Shown here in pieces: positions 11,961 to 22,923 of a stretch of DNA of 50,581 nt. Made by a program: the position numbers and the translations under genes. Positions within the stretch are counted from its first letter, which is position 1, and every line of letters begins with the position of its first letter. This DNA comes from Chiloscyllium plagiosum (taxonomy: Eukaryota), in the NCBI RefSeq assembly GCF_004010195.1, contig NC_057718.1, positions 86,372,318-86,422,898 on the forward strand, in the 5' to 3' direction. Under the pieces are notes generated by a model that saw nothing but the letters and a program-made list of their open reading frames with translations, was not told where the DNA came from and ran no database searches.

Positions 11961-14499
11961 TCTTTTGAAATGTAAAATGTCCTTCAGTGTCCATGTTCCG
12001 ACCTCGATCATTTAACAATCATATTTCTGTCATGATGATCAGATTATGCATTTTTAATCCTATCTTTGCAAACAGTTCATCTATTTTTGACAAATGCAGT
12101 GCACATTCAGAGAAAGAATGTGTGTTTATGTGTTATTATCATTTTCTTGAATTTTTTTGCCTTATTTCATGGTACGCTCTTATGCCCTTTTGCTCTGTCC
12201 TAACCTGTCTCACGCTGGTTACCATTTCCAAACTGTTACACGGCTCTATTACATCATATTTTCCTTTGGATTTACCACATTCCCACTCATATGACCACTT
12301 CCATAATGATGTAGTTTAAAGTGCTCTCGACCATCCTAGTAATATCAACCGACATGTAGTGTAGAGCATTATGGGTAGGAAGGAAATACAGGAAATGAGT
12401 ACTCAATCAGAGGAGGACATATAGATAGGATCAAACTGAAAGAGATCTTGTGTACAAGGCTATTGTAGCGGCCCATGGTTAAGTTGACAAGATGGACACT
12501 TGTATAAGCTTTAAAAAAGACCCAAGATGGCTGGAAGGTTTGACAGTTGCATACAGCAAATATTCAGAACTAGACCCGTGGGCTCCATGTAGATGTAATA
12601 GACAAGATGAGATTCATCATAGGAAGGAAGATTCGCAAAGTTAATCAGATTTCTGTAAACAGGCAGTTCGAAACATATAAGCATTCTAATAAGTAGCATT
12701 TTTGCGAGGCCTAGTTTAACCACAGTCCCACAATTGTTATTTAGTAAAAAGTAGAAGGAAAAGACTGATCCAACAGTATTTTGATCTATTCAGGTAATTG
12801 TAGAATTTGAAAGGCAAACAATAAGTTAGTGTGAAAGGGTCAGTTACATTCCTTGAGCAAATCTTTGTGGGCATTAAAGAGGCCTGATGCATTATTAGGA
12901 AAGATAAAATAATAAATGGTGTAAACATGACCTCCAAAAAACAAATTGCCACAGTAGGAAGGCAATAGAAATGTTATAAAAAGAGAGGTCACGATGGGCA
13001 AAGATATACAATTGAAACTTAAGTGCAGATGTAAATAATTTGAACAAAATCTTACATCCCAAGATCAAGGAAGAGTGACAAAGATAAAATACAGAATGAA
13101 GATGTAGCTGTCCCCTTGTTGTTTGTGGATTCAAAACAAGTTTCATTTCATGACTTGGTAATATTGGAAATTGAGTGAATTTCACCATCGTTGATGGAGT
13201 TCAAACAGATGCTTTTTATGAAAGAAGATATTCAGTAATGGAAAGTGTTTAGAGTAGAAACAGTAAAGATTTATTTAAAAATAAAACTTTAGTTTAAAAT
13301 TCACTTACAACATGTAAATCACAGGTATCGTTAACTGAATTGCAAGTCAGAGGGACAGCTGTTTGATCGCTCAGGCTGAAGTGAGAGATATGTTGTTCAC
13401 AATTTGTCAGCTGTGTCACAGTAACTTTATGCTCGAGTTGATTTTAAAGAGTTTATAACTATTGGTTGAAAATTAATATTTTTGCTAATCTGTCATACTA
13501 AAGTTGTACAGAATTTCGAAAAGTTCTTAGTGAAAAGCAACTCTTTAGGTTATTAGTAAATAATGTGGTGTAGTTGGCAAATGTTTGGAACGGAATAAAA
13601 CTGTCAGAAGTGTTGAAAGTTTCCAAAGAAAGATGGTGGAGGTATCTGGTGAATGTCATAATATTATGGCAGAGCCAAGGACAGTCTGTAGAGCTGTCCA
13701 TCATGGATCAAGTGTTTATTGGATTGGATGTATCAATTTGAGGGAAGTGGCTAACAATTACATCAATATTGTATAATTATTGTAATGCAAAAGGTATAAA
13801 AATGTAGCATTTCATTAGGGAACTCAGGGCATCATTGACCTCCAATCTGAGCTGGGTTTAAGAGGGCAGCTGTGCTCCATGTGAAGGTCAGATTTGGGGT
13901 GGTCTCTGGCCTCTCCCACAGATGTGGTAATAGAGCTCTGAATAAAGATCGCTTGTGCTGAAGTCTCCCTTCAGTAAAGACTTAATGTTAACTCACAAAA
14001 TAATCCAGAGCAACTCTCAAAACAGCCAACATGATATTCATCCACCAGAGAAATCATTAGAGTATACGTAAAAGGGATAAATGATCAAACTGTCAAGGGC
14101 TATTTTTCCAACTACACCTGAAATATCTCCACAGAGGCCAATATCCCATCACCGAGTCACTCTTGATGACACATGGAGAGTCCTTGACACTGATCCAGCT
14201 CCCTCAGAGTGAGCAGGATGCTGGGAAAAGGTGATGGGAGAGCTCTGTTAATTAAGGATGTCATTGGTGCAGGAGTGAGTGATGACTTTAGCTCAGAAAA
14301 TGTAGAAATAATTGTGTAGATGTAAGCATCAGGAAGGGATAATGTTTACTTGTGGGTGTAATTCATGACCCTCTGAGAGAAAAAAAATCACTTCAGCTTT
14401 GATTTGAATGGTGATCTCTGAGGAGAAAACAGTGACTCTCGTTCTTTTTTTTCCCAAACAGCTGGCGATGGGATCCCGATCTCTGTGGAGTTATTTCAG

Positions 14500-15490
14500 A
14501 TGTGGTTGTTGGAGCTCAGTCAGCTCAGCTCCTCCAAATCTCTGTAGGAGTTCCTCATAGTAATATCCTCAGCACAAAAATCATCAGCTGCTTCATCAAT
14601 GGCCTTCCGTCCATCATATGGTCAGAAGATGTCAGGGGATGTTCACCAACAATTGCACAATGTTCAGCACCACTCATCAGATACTGACACATTCCATCTT
14701 CAAATGCAACATGACCTGGACAATATCCAGGCTTGGGCTGACACATGGAAAGTAACATTCACACCATACAAATGCCAGTCAATGACCATCTCTAATTAGA
14801 GACAATCTAACCACTGCGCCTAGACATTCAAAACATCCTTGGGGTTACTGTTAACCAGAAACTCAACTGGACTTGCCATGTAAACACAATGGCTACAAGA
14901 GCAGGTCAGCGGCTAGGAATATTGCAGCAAGTAACTCACCTCCTGGCTCCCCAAAGCATGCCCACTATTGACAAGACACAAAACAGAAATGTGATGAACT
15001 ACTCCCCACTTGCCTGGATGTGTACAGCTACAACAATACTCAATAAGCTTGACGCCATCCAGGACAAAGCAGCCCACTTCACTGGTACCACATCCATCAG
15101 CATCCACTCCCTCCACCACTGACACTCAGTACCAGCAGTGTGCAGTATCTACAAACGTCCTGCAGACATTCACCAAAGATCCTTAGACAGCACCTTTCAA
15201 ACACACAACCACTTCCATCTAGAAAGGCAACAGCAGCAGATACCTGGAAATACCACCACCTGCAAATTCCCCTCCAAGCCCCTCACTATCCCGACTGGAA
15301 ACATTAGCTTTCACTGTTGCTGGGACAAAATCCTGGAATACCCCATGTAATGGCATTGTGGGCCATCCTACAGCACATGGACTGCAGTGGGTAAAGAAAG
15401 CAGCTCACCATGACCTTCTCAACACCAACTGGAGATTGGCAATAAATCCTGGTCCAGCCAGAGAGACACCCATCCTGGGGGTGAATGAAG
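14500..15490 (+). mobile_element. LINE 3' portion (second CR1/L2-group family): RT and 3' UTR
   Basis: ISVGVPHSNILSTKIISCFINGLPS, MQHDLDNIQAWADTWKVTF, RAGQRLGIL...YSPLAWM. Confidence 0.85.
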
Positions 15491-15527
15491 AAACCTGCAC
15501 AACTCACAAAGTACCTTAAAATTGAGC

Positions 15528-16369
15528 TGAAAAATGTGTTGCTGGAAAAGCGCAGCAGGTCAGGCAGCATCCAAGGAGCAGGAGAATCGACGTTTCGGGC
15601 ATAATCCCTTCTTCAGGAATGAGGAGGGTGTGCCAAGCAGGCTAAGATAAAAGGTAGGGAGGAGGGACTTGGGGGAGGGGCGTTGGGAATGTGATAGGTG
15701 GAAGGAGGTTAAGGTGAGGATGATAGGCCGGAGAGGGGGTGGCGGCGGAGAGGTCAGGAAGAAGATTGCAGGTCAAGAAGGCGGTGCTGAGTCCAAGGGA
15801 TGGGACTGAGATAAGGTGGGGGGAGGGGAAATGAGGAAGGTGGAGAAATCTGCATTCATCCCTTGTGGTTGGAGGGTTCCTAAGCGGAAGATGAGGCGCT
15901 CTTCCTCAGACGTCATTTTGCCATGGTCTGGCGATGGAGGAGGCCAAGGACCTGCATGTCCTTGGCGGAGTGGGAGGGGGAATTGAAGTGTTCAGCCACG
16001 GGGTGGTTAGGTTGGTTGGTCCGGGTGTCCCAGAGGTGTTCCCTGAAACGTTCCGCAAGTAGGTGGCCTGTCTCCCCAGTATAGAGGAGGCCACATCGGA
16101 TGCAGCAGATGCAGTATATGATGTGTGTGGAGGTGCAGGTGAATTTGTGGCGGATATAGAAGGATCCCTTGGGGCCTTGGAGGGAAGTGAGGGGGGGAGG
16201 TGTGGGCGCAAGTTTTGCATTTCTTGCGGTTGCAGGGGAAGGTGCCGGGAGTGGAGATTGGGTTGGTGGGGGGTGTGGACCTGATGAAGGAGTCGCGGAG
16301 AGAGTGGTCTTTCCGTAACGCTGATAGGGGAGGGGAGGGAAATCTATCCTTGGTGGTGGGGTCTGTTTA
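15528..16369 (-). mobile_element. 5'-truncated Penelope-like element with GIY-YIG domain and 15-bp target-site duplication
   Basis: FTCTSTHIIYCICCIRCGLLYTGETGHLLAERFREH...PVAEHFN; ACCTTAAAATTGAGC at 15513-15527 and 16370-16384. Confidence 0.9.
15584..15621 (-). ncRNA. Minimal type I hammerhead ribozyme motif in the Penelope terminal repeat
   Basis: Minus strand CATTC-CTGAAGA-AGGGATTATGCCC-GAAAC-GTC-GATTC: CUGANGA core, stem II (one mismatch), GAAA, palindromic mini stem III, GUC site. Confidence 0.6.
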
Positions 16370-16384
16370 ACCTTAAAATTGAGC

Positions 16385-16690
16385 CAGTGTTGTAATGTAG
16401 CAGTGAAATTGTACACAGTGAGACCTCACATTCAACAATAAGAGAGGTAATCAAACAATCTGCTTTCAGTAATGTTGGTCAGAGAATAAATATTACCCAG
16501 AAGACCATGGATGACTTCACTGCTTGTCCTCAAAGGAGGGCTGTGGGAAATGTTACACCCAATGAGGAGCGTGGACTGGTGTAGTGTTACCAGCTCATCT
16601 GAAGTGGAATTCTGTCAGCCTCAGTCATGTGCTTGATCACATGACCCTGTGATGCAGAGGTGAGAATATCACCACAGAGCCAAGACTTAT
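16385..16690 (-). mobile_element. Old DeuSINE/SacSINE1-like SINE just downstream of the B stop codon
   Basis: Minus strand AATATTTATTCTCTGACCAACATTACTGAAAGCAGATTG resembles the Deu-domain; related to 47500-47740. Confidence 0.45.
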
Positions 16691-18354
16691 AATTAGCATT
16701 GACCTCTGAGGACAGAATTGTCATATTCAGTAGATTCATTTGAATGCTTTATTTCCAATCATTTTTTTAAAACATATTTGACACATTGAATAATTGCAAG
16801 ACATGAATGCATTGCTGCATATCTAAAATTTTCTCTGAATTTAGTCTGAGCCAATGCATAAAGCAGTTGAAACATATCTCCACTACAGGTTGCGATTAGT
16901 AAGTGATTAGTATACTGATCTGGCTCGTAATGCATATGTGTAATTCTAGAAATCAGGATAAACACAGTATATGGCATCCACAGCACGATGAAAGTGCCAG
17001 AAAGAGTGAACAGTAAAGTGATGGATTTCCTTCGGCTCGGCATCTCTGGATCATCACTGTTCTGGTAGTTGTGTTGACCTTGCAGTGCTCTGCGGGTTTG
17101 ATTCGCCATCACAATGTGTCCGACAGTCAGTGCGTTGAGCAGTAAAATGAGAAAGAATGGCAATAGTGGGTTTGAAATTGCATCATGCCAGTCAAAACTG
17201 ATTCATCCTGGCAAAATAAAACAGTCTGGTTTGAAATGAGCGCCCCAATTGTTAATGATATAGGTTGGCTCATAGTACACGGGGATGTTTTTGAAACAGA
17301 ACACTACACACATAGTCACTATCACCACAGCTGCAGTTTCCTCCCTGCAATACTTTGCTCTCAACCTCTGGCAACAAATGAGGACAAAATGATCGACAGT
17401 GAAAGCGACCGTGAGCCAAACAGAGCAGTCATCAGCTGTGTAGTTGATCACCTCATTGATGCTCCTTATTGAGGTGAAGTGTAGAAATGAAAATGGGAAA
17501 TAGCAGTAAAGCATGTAGTAGATTATCACATTGGAAATAATGAACAGGAGATCAACTGTCGTCATACCCACCAAATAAAGAGTGATCCCTTTGGACAGAC
17601 CACAGCCTCCACAAAATAGAAGGACAATTGTCAGGAGGTTAGCTACAAAGAAAAGAGCAGAATCTCCAGATTAATAACACAACATTGTTTGGAAATTATG
17701 GCACAAAACCAGGTAATTTAGTCCAATATGTCTCAGTTGAGATTCACACTGCAAATATGTTTCCTCCCACTGACTTCATCTTACAATATTGAGATATTAT
17801 TTCTTTCAGCCTCATGTAGTTACTGAGATTTCTCATCAGGCAAGCTCACAAATGTGTAGAAATATTGCACAGATTGGAAGGAAGCAAATCTATTTCTCAA
17901 ACTAGAATCCCTTTACAGAGACGGATTGAGTGGGTGTACCCCACCACCACTTTGCCTTATGTCAGTCTATAATTAAACAGAAGGGTGGGTGGGGCTGGGA
18001 GGGGCTGCCTCGTTTGAATGTTGACTAACTTACATACACTGAAGCTCATGGTGAGCTCAGTTGACCACAATTGTGTGGGATCCATTCTCCTATCCAGAGG
18101 TTCCACAGACAATAACAGAATGGGAAGGGGGGTTTCCAGCAGTGTTATGTCAGGGGCACTGAGACGGATAAAAATCCAACAAAGTCTTTATAAGTGGAGC
18201 GGTTGGATGTAGTCAGTGATTTTCCTCATGAAGGTGGAAGTATTGAGCTGTTTTTTATTTTGACAATTTTGTGATATTCGGTGGGGACAATAAAAACATG
18301 ACGGAGGAGAGACAAGGCTATAGGCCTTGATATAGGGCTGTGATTAAGTCCAAG

Positions 18355-19750
18355 GAAAAAGTGAGGACTGCAGATGCTGGAAATCAGAGTCGCGAGTGTT
18401 GTGCTGGAAAAGCACAGAGGGTCAGGCCGCATCCGAGGAGCAGGAGAATCGATGTTTCGGGCATAAACTCTTCATCAGGAATGAGGCTTATGACCCAAGG
18501 GATTGGATAGATGAATGTGAGGGGGTGGTGGGCTGAGGGGAAGCTGAGAGTACGATAGGTAGATGGAGGTGGGGGTAATGGTGATAGGTTGGAGAGGAGG
18601 GCAGAGCAGATAGGTGGGAAGGAAGATGGGCATGTAGGACAGGTCATGGGTGCAGTGCCAGGTTGGAAGGTTGGAATTGGGGTAAGGTGGGGAGAGAGGA
18701 AATGAGGAAACTGGTGAAATCCACGTTGNNNNNNNNNNNNNNNNNNNNNNNNNNNNNNNNNNNNNNNNNNNNNNNNNNNNNNNNNNNNNNNNNNNNNNNN
18801 NNNNNNNNNNNNNNNNNNNNNNNNNNNNNNNNNNNNNNNNNNNNNNNNNNNNNNNNNNNNNNNNNNNNNNNNNNNNNNNNNNNNNNNNNNNNNNNNNNNN
18901 NNNGGGGATGGGTGCGTAGATCTGACGAGGGAGCCATGGAGGGAATGGTATCCCCAGAACACTTATAGAGGTGGGGAGGGAAACACATATCTGGTGGCAG
19001 TGTCCGTTTGTAGGTGGCGGAATTGGCGGAGGATGATGTGATGTATACGGAGGTTGGTGGGGTGGGAGGTGAGAATCGGGAGATCTGTCCATGTTGTGTT
19101 GGGAGGGGTGAAGTTCAAGGGTGGAGGTGTGGGAAGTGGAGGAGATGTGCTGAAGGGCATCATTGACGCATGGGAAGGGAAATTGCGATCTTGGAAAAAG
19201 GAGGCCATCTGGGATTTTCTAAGGTGGAATTGGTCATCCTGAGAACAGATGCAATGGATGCCCCACCACCCATGGCTGAACATTTTAACGCCCCCCCACC
19301 GACTCCACCAGGGACATGCAGATCCTGGGCCTTCTCCATCACCAAACCCTTACCACCTGAAGCCTGGAGGAAGAACGCCTCATAGTCCACCTTGGGACCC
19401 TGCAACCACATGGGATCAATGTGGATTTCACCAGTTTCCTCATTTCCACTTCCCCCACCTTATCCCAGTCCCAAGCCTCCAACTTGACACCGCCCTCACG
19501 ATCGTCTTTTCCATCTATCCTCTCCACCCTGCTCTCCAACCTATCACCATTACCCCCACCTTCATCTACCTTTCACATTCTCAGTTACGTTCCCCTCAAA
19601 CCCACCCCCCTCCTATTTATCTCTCAGCTCTCCACCCAAACCCCCCAACCCGGCCTACAAGCCTCATTCCTGATGAAGGGCTTAAGCCTGAAATTTCGAT
19701 TCGCCTGCCCCTCAGATGCTGCCTGACCTGTTGTGCACCACACTCTCAAT
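18355..19750. mobile_element. Penelope-like element with an inverted (two 3' ends) structure in the intron of B; contains N gap 18729-18903
   Basis: Left part is minus (ASFFQDRNFP...HPTNLRIHHIILRQFRHLQTD); right part from about 19258 is plus (PMAEHFN...). Termini are reverse complements, each with a CTGATGA...GAAA motif. Confidence 0.85.
19665..19702 (+). ncRNA. Hammerhead-like motif (Penelope terminus)
   Basis: CATTC-CTGATGA-AGGGCTTAAGCCT-GAAA-TTTC-GATTC; stem III degenerate. Confidence 0.5.
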
Positions 19751-19869
19751 GACTGTTGTTAAGTCTGAGACTCAAACAGGAGATTAGAGGCCACTGTCCC
19801 CATGGGGATCATATATGTGGCAGGAGGTCAAGACAAGAAAGTTCAAGAGGGCAGATAGTCTGAAAGGAG

Positions 19870-20700
19870 AATGTATGATCAGTGCGTGGAGTCTGTAAAA
19901 AGAGGACAAATTATCTGCAGCATCTGGAGTCCCAGTGTCTGCACAGAGTGTGTCTCCAGGGACACAGTGACATCCCTTTGTCTCAAATCAGTTACAGTTG
20001 TGTCTGTGGGTATTCAGTGTTTGTAGCTTTCAAGGTCACTTGTGGCTTTAAGCTTTCTTGCCTCCAGCTCTTTGTAAGTATTAGCCAGAGATTGTCACAG
20101 TGGGCTATAAGCTCCTCCTGTACATCACTGTATGAAGGTGGTAACATCTGCAAGGATTTGGTGTGCTCACATCTACATCACTTTCACCACAGATGAGGTT
20201 CACCAGGCAGGAAGATGGCCACAGGATTCAGGAATCTTGCTGGATTCTCAAACCGGAAGGTGTCATCGATTACAAGCATGTTGCTGCTGAGGTTTCAGTG
20301 AGACAACCAGGGGCATTTGTAAATATTAAAGGGGCTCACTCCCGATGTGTCCGATTGGACAGCAATTATCGACAAAGGCTTCTCCAGGTATGTGGGTCAT
20401 GTCTCATACAACCTTCAACCTCGCTCAGTTCCATTAAAACTGAAAGAACTGTAAATCAGAAACAAAATAAAAGTTGCTGGAAAAGCTCAGCAGGTCTGGC
20501 TGTATCTATGAAGAGAGATCAGTGTTAACGTTTCGGGTCGGGTGGCCCTTCCTCAGAACTCCTCAGTGACTGCGGCTCCACGTGAACAACTCTGAGGATC
20601 ACTTGGCCCTCCCTACCTTCCTGACAGAGGGACAATGACCTGACGATGATGTCAGATATCTCCAGCCTCTTTCCTCTTGCACATGGAGTTCAGTGACAAT
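19870..20700 (+). mobile_element. Decayed PIF/Harbinger DDE transposase (HARBI1-like)
   Basis: ORFs give RTNYLQHLESQCLHRV, VAFKVT and GVIDYKHVA...QPGAFVNIKGAHS...QRLLQVC, matching the Harbinger GxIDxTHV and FVNRKGxHS motifs. Confidence 0.75.
20453..20560 (-). mobile_element. Short Penelope-derived non-autonomous element with a hammerhead motif (20524-20560)
   Basis: Minus AGTT-CTGAGGA-AGGGCCACCCGACCC-GAAAC-GTT-AAC; same family as 48161-48297 and 49711-49845. Confidence 0.65.
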
Positions 20701-20714
20701 GCAATGGATCACAA

Positions 20715-21090
20715 TAACCCTAACTCTTAACACTCACCCTAATCCTGACCCTAACCTCATCTCGAGACCAAACCCAAACTTTAAACAAAACCTCTACACA
20801 AACCCGAAACCTGAACCTCAGCCGAACTCTAACCATAACACTAAAATGAAGCCCATCAAATCCCTAACCTGAACCTGAAAGCTAACTATTCCCAAATTCT
20901 TCACCCAAACCTGAACCCTCCCCTAACCTGAACCCTAAACATAATTCTAACGTCAAATGCAATCCTAATGCAAATCCTTACTCTAATCCCAACCCTCAGA
21001 TAAATCTAAACTAAGTACTAACCTCGGCCTAATCATAACTGCAACATGAGACATAACCCTGACCTAAGTCTAACTCCCAGCCTAACTTTA
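20715..21090. repeat. Degenerate CCCTAA/CCTGAA-like hexamer tract
   Basis: Recurrent CCCTAA, CCTAAC, CCTGAA, CTCTAA and CCCAAA with about 6-nt periodicity. Confidence 0.7.
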
Positions 21091-21539
21091 TTACAAATCA
21101 GCATGTACATTCCACAGCAGCTGATTGATCAGCCTCCACCAGAGATTGGGATGTGCATGTGACCACCCCCCACCCCCCTAACCCTCAGTAGATGTGCACA
21201 AACCCATCAAGATGTGATGCTATGTCAGACACAATCCCAAAGCCCCTGTGTAGCTCCCTGTTCCCCCTCAGTGGGCAATGCTGCTGACTGAGGAGCGGTT
21301 ACAGGGTCCAACGGTTAATCTGTTATAAAAAAAAAGCAGATTAATGATAATTACATCTTCATCTGTGATCATTCAAGCGGACACATGCCCTCTCTGTGAA
21401 ATCAGTTGAACAGAGTCACAAACGTCTCCATTTCAGAGGAGATGCCAACATTCTCCCTCTGCCAATGGTGACAATATTTCCCTTCATCGACCCTTCCTTT
21501 CAGGAGTAAGCTGGGTCCGTCTGAACCTTAATGCATGCA

Positions 21540-22340
21540 CAACCTCCTGCCTCGTCCTGCCCCTCAGCCTCCAGCCTCCCAGTGGGTCTCCAGGTGAGTG
21601 ACCAACTGCAACATCTCCTCCTCCTCCATCAAATTCAGTTTGGCCACACCTCCACTGCTCCTCATTCTCTCACTCAGCCTCTTGCAGCACGTCAACCACA
21701 TTGACCAGACACGCCCACATCTACTGTCTGACTCTGCCAACTCTACCCGATAACTGCGACACAGGGGAGGGCTCACTCCTTGGTATTTGGCCTGCCCTGG
21801 ATGGGGTGGATGATATCTCCACCTTGGCAAAGGGGTTTGTGAAAGATGGCCCTGTCATAGGAGACACCAGAGTTAAAGTTCACGGTCTAACCTGCTCCCT
21901 CAACAATAAAGGTTCAGAACTCTCAATGCTGCCTCCCCACAGCTGAAGGATATTTAAACAATCCCACTTCCCCTCAGCTGCCTGCTCATGCCAACAGCCC
22001 GATACAATGACGGCCGGAGCTGACTTGCTGTTCACGGCCTGACCCTTCTCCCAGTGGACACCCGCCCTCACTGTGTGCTTCACTGAGGAGGCCCCTGGCA
22101 CCATATGACTTGGGTGACCAGTTCTTGGTCCCACGGTGAAGATTGTTCGGGTATGTCAGCACGTGGACCGGGTACTATCCCATCGACCTGCCTGATCCAC
22201 TGACCAACATCAACATGTCCCAGCAACAGACCCAGACACATGGCGATAAAAACCCAGTCAGAGAGAGCTTTGGGATCCAGAAATCTGAAAGTACCTGTTC
22301 CTCCCAGACAAGGACCATTTAGCACACGTCAGGTCACAGA
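21540..22340 (-). mobile_element. Probable Harbinger Myb/SANT-like second gene remnant
   Basis: HWEKGQAVNSKS and RLSERMRSSGGVAKLNLMEEEEMLQL resemble Myb_DNA-bind-type partner proteins; convergent with the transposase. Confidence 0.45.
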
Positions 22341-22664
22341 TTCCTCATGTCCTCATGGAACTAAACTAAAATTCACAAATTACAGCATGAGCTGTTTCTT
22401 GTAGGAACACCTGAAACTGGATCCAGCATGAGGAGAGAAAGAGGGAGAGTTTATACACTGAGAGATATATCAGGGGAAAGAACAGAGTGAAAGTGGGATT
22501 GAAAAGATAACACAACCTGCTTCAGCTTCTTACCAGGAACTCCGAAAATTGCGAGGAAATGGTAGTAAGTGAAAGCTATCTGTTCAATTGTTGGTCATTC
22601 CATTTTCAGAGAGAGGGCGATATCAATTGTCGTCCACAGATCTGAATAATTGGACATTCATCTG

Positions 22665-22740
22665 TTATATAAAGCAACTAAACCTCCCTTTTGTTAGGTT
22701 GCAGAGAGAGTGAAATTAGTTTGTGGTCTTTGAACAAACA
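22665..22740 (-). promoter_or_regulatory. Putative promoter of B: TGTTTGTT, AACTAATT and TATATAA
   Basis: Minus-strand TGTTTGTT starts 22740, AACTAATT starts 22721, TATATAA 22671-22665. Confidence 0.6.
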
Positions 22741-22923
22741 GGTACAGTTAATTTTAATGGATATTACACAATACAATCTTCACCTACACTGGAAGATTGA
22801 AGGAGAACAATTGGGCCAGGTCCATCTCAGGGCTCCTTGCTCACTCTCTTAGTGCTCTCTACACGGATGCTCACACCATCCCTGCCTTGCCTTGACTTTC
22901 TCACTTTGTCCCCTCACCCACAC

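Larger units (their letters stand above)
16759..22603 (-). pseudogene. Receptor B: GPR139-like GPCR pseudogene (exon 1 22534-22603, exon 2 16759-17642)
   Basis: Exon 1 ME*PTIEQIAFTYYHFLAIFGVP then GTAAG; exon 2 after TTTGTAG is collinear with D; TGA at 22595-22597 and 17203-17205; DRF changed to DHF; SSCTNTCI missing from TM7. Confidence 0.9.

Noticed and set aside
17203..22597. Selenocysteine or readthrough explanation for the two TGA codons in B
   Set aside because: They align to Trp and Leu in D, not Cys; no SECIS is evident; other damaging lesions (DHF, TM7 deletion) co-occur.
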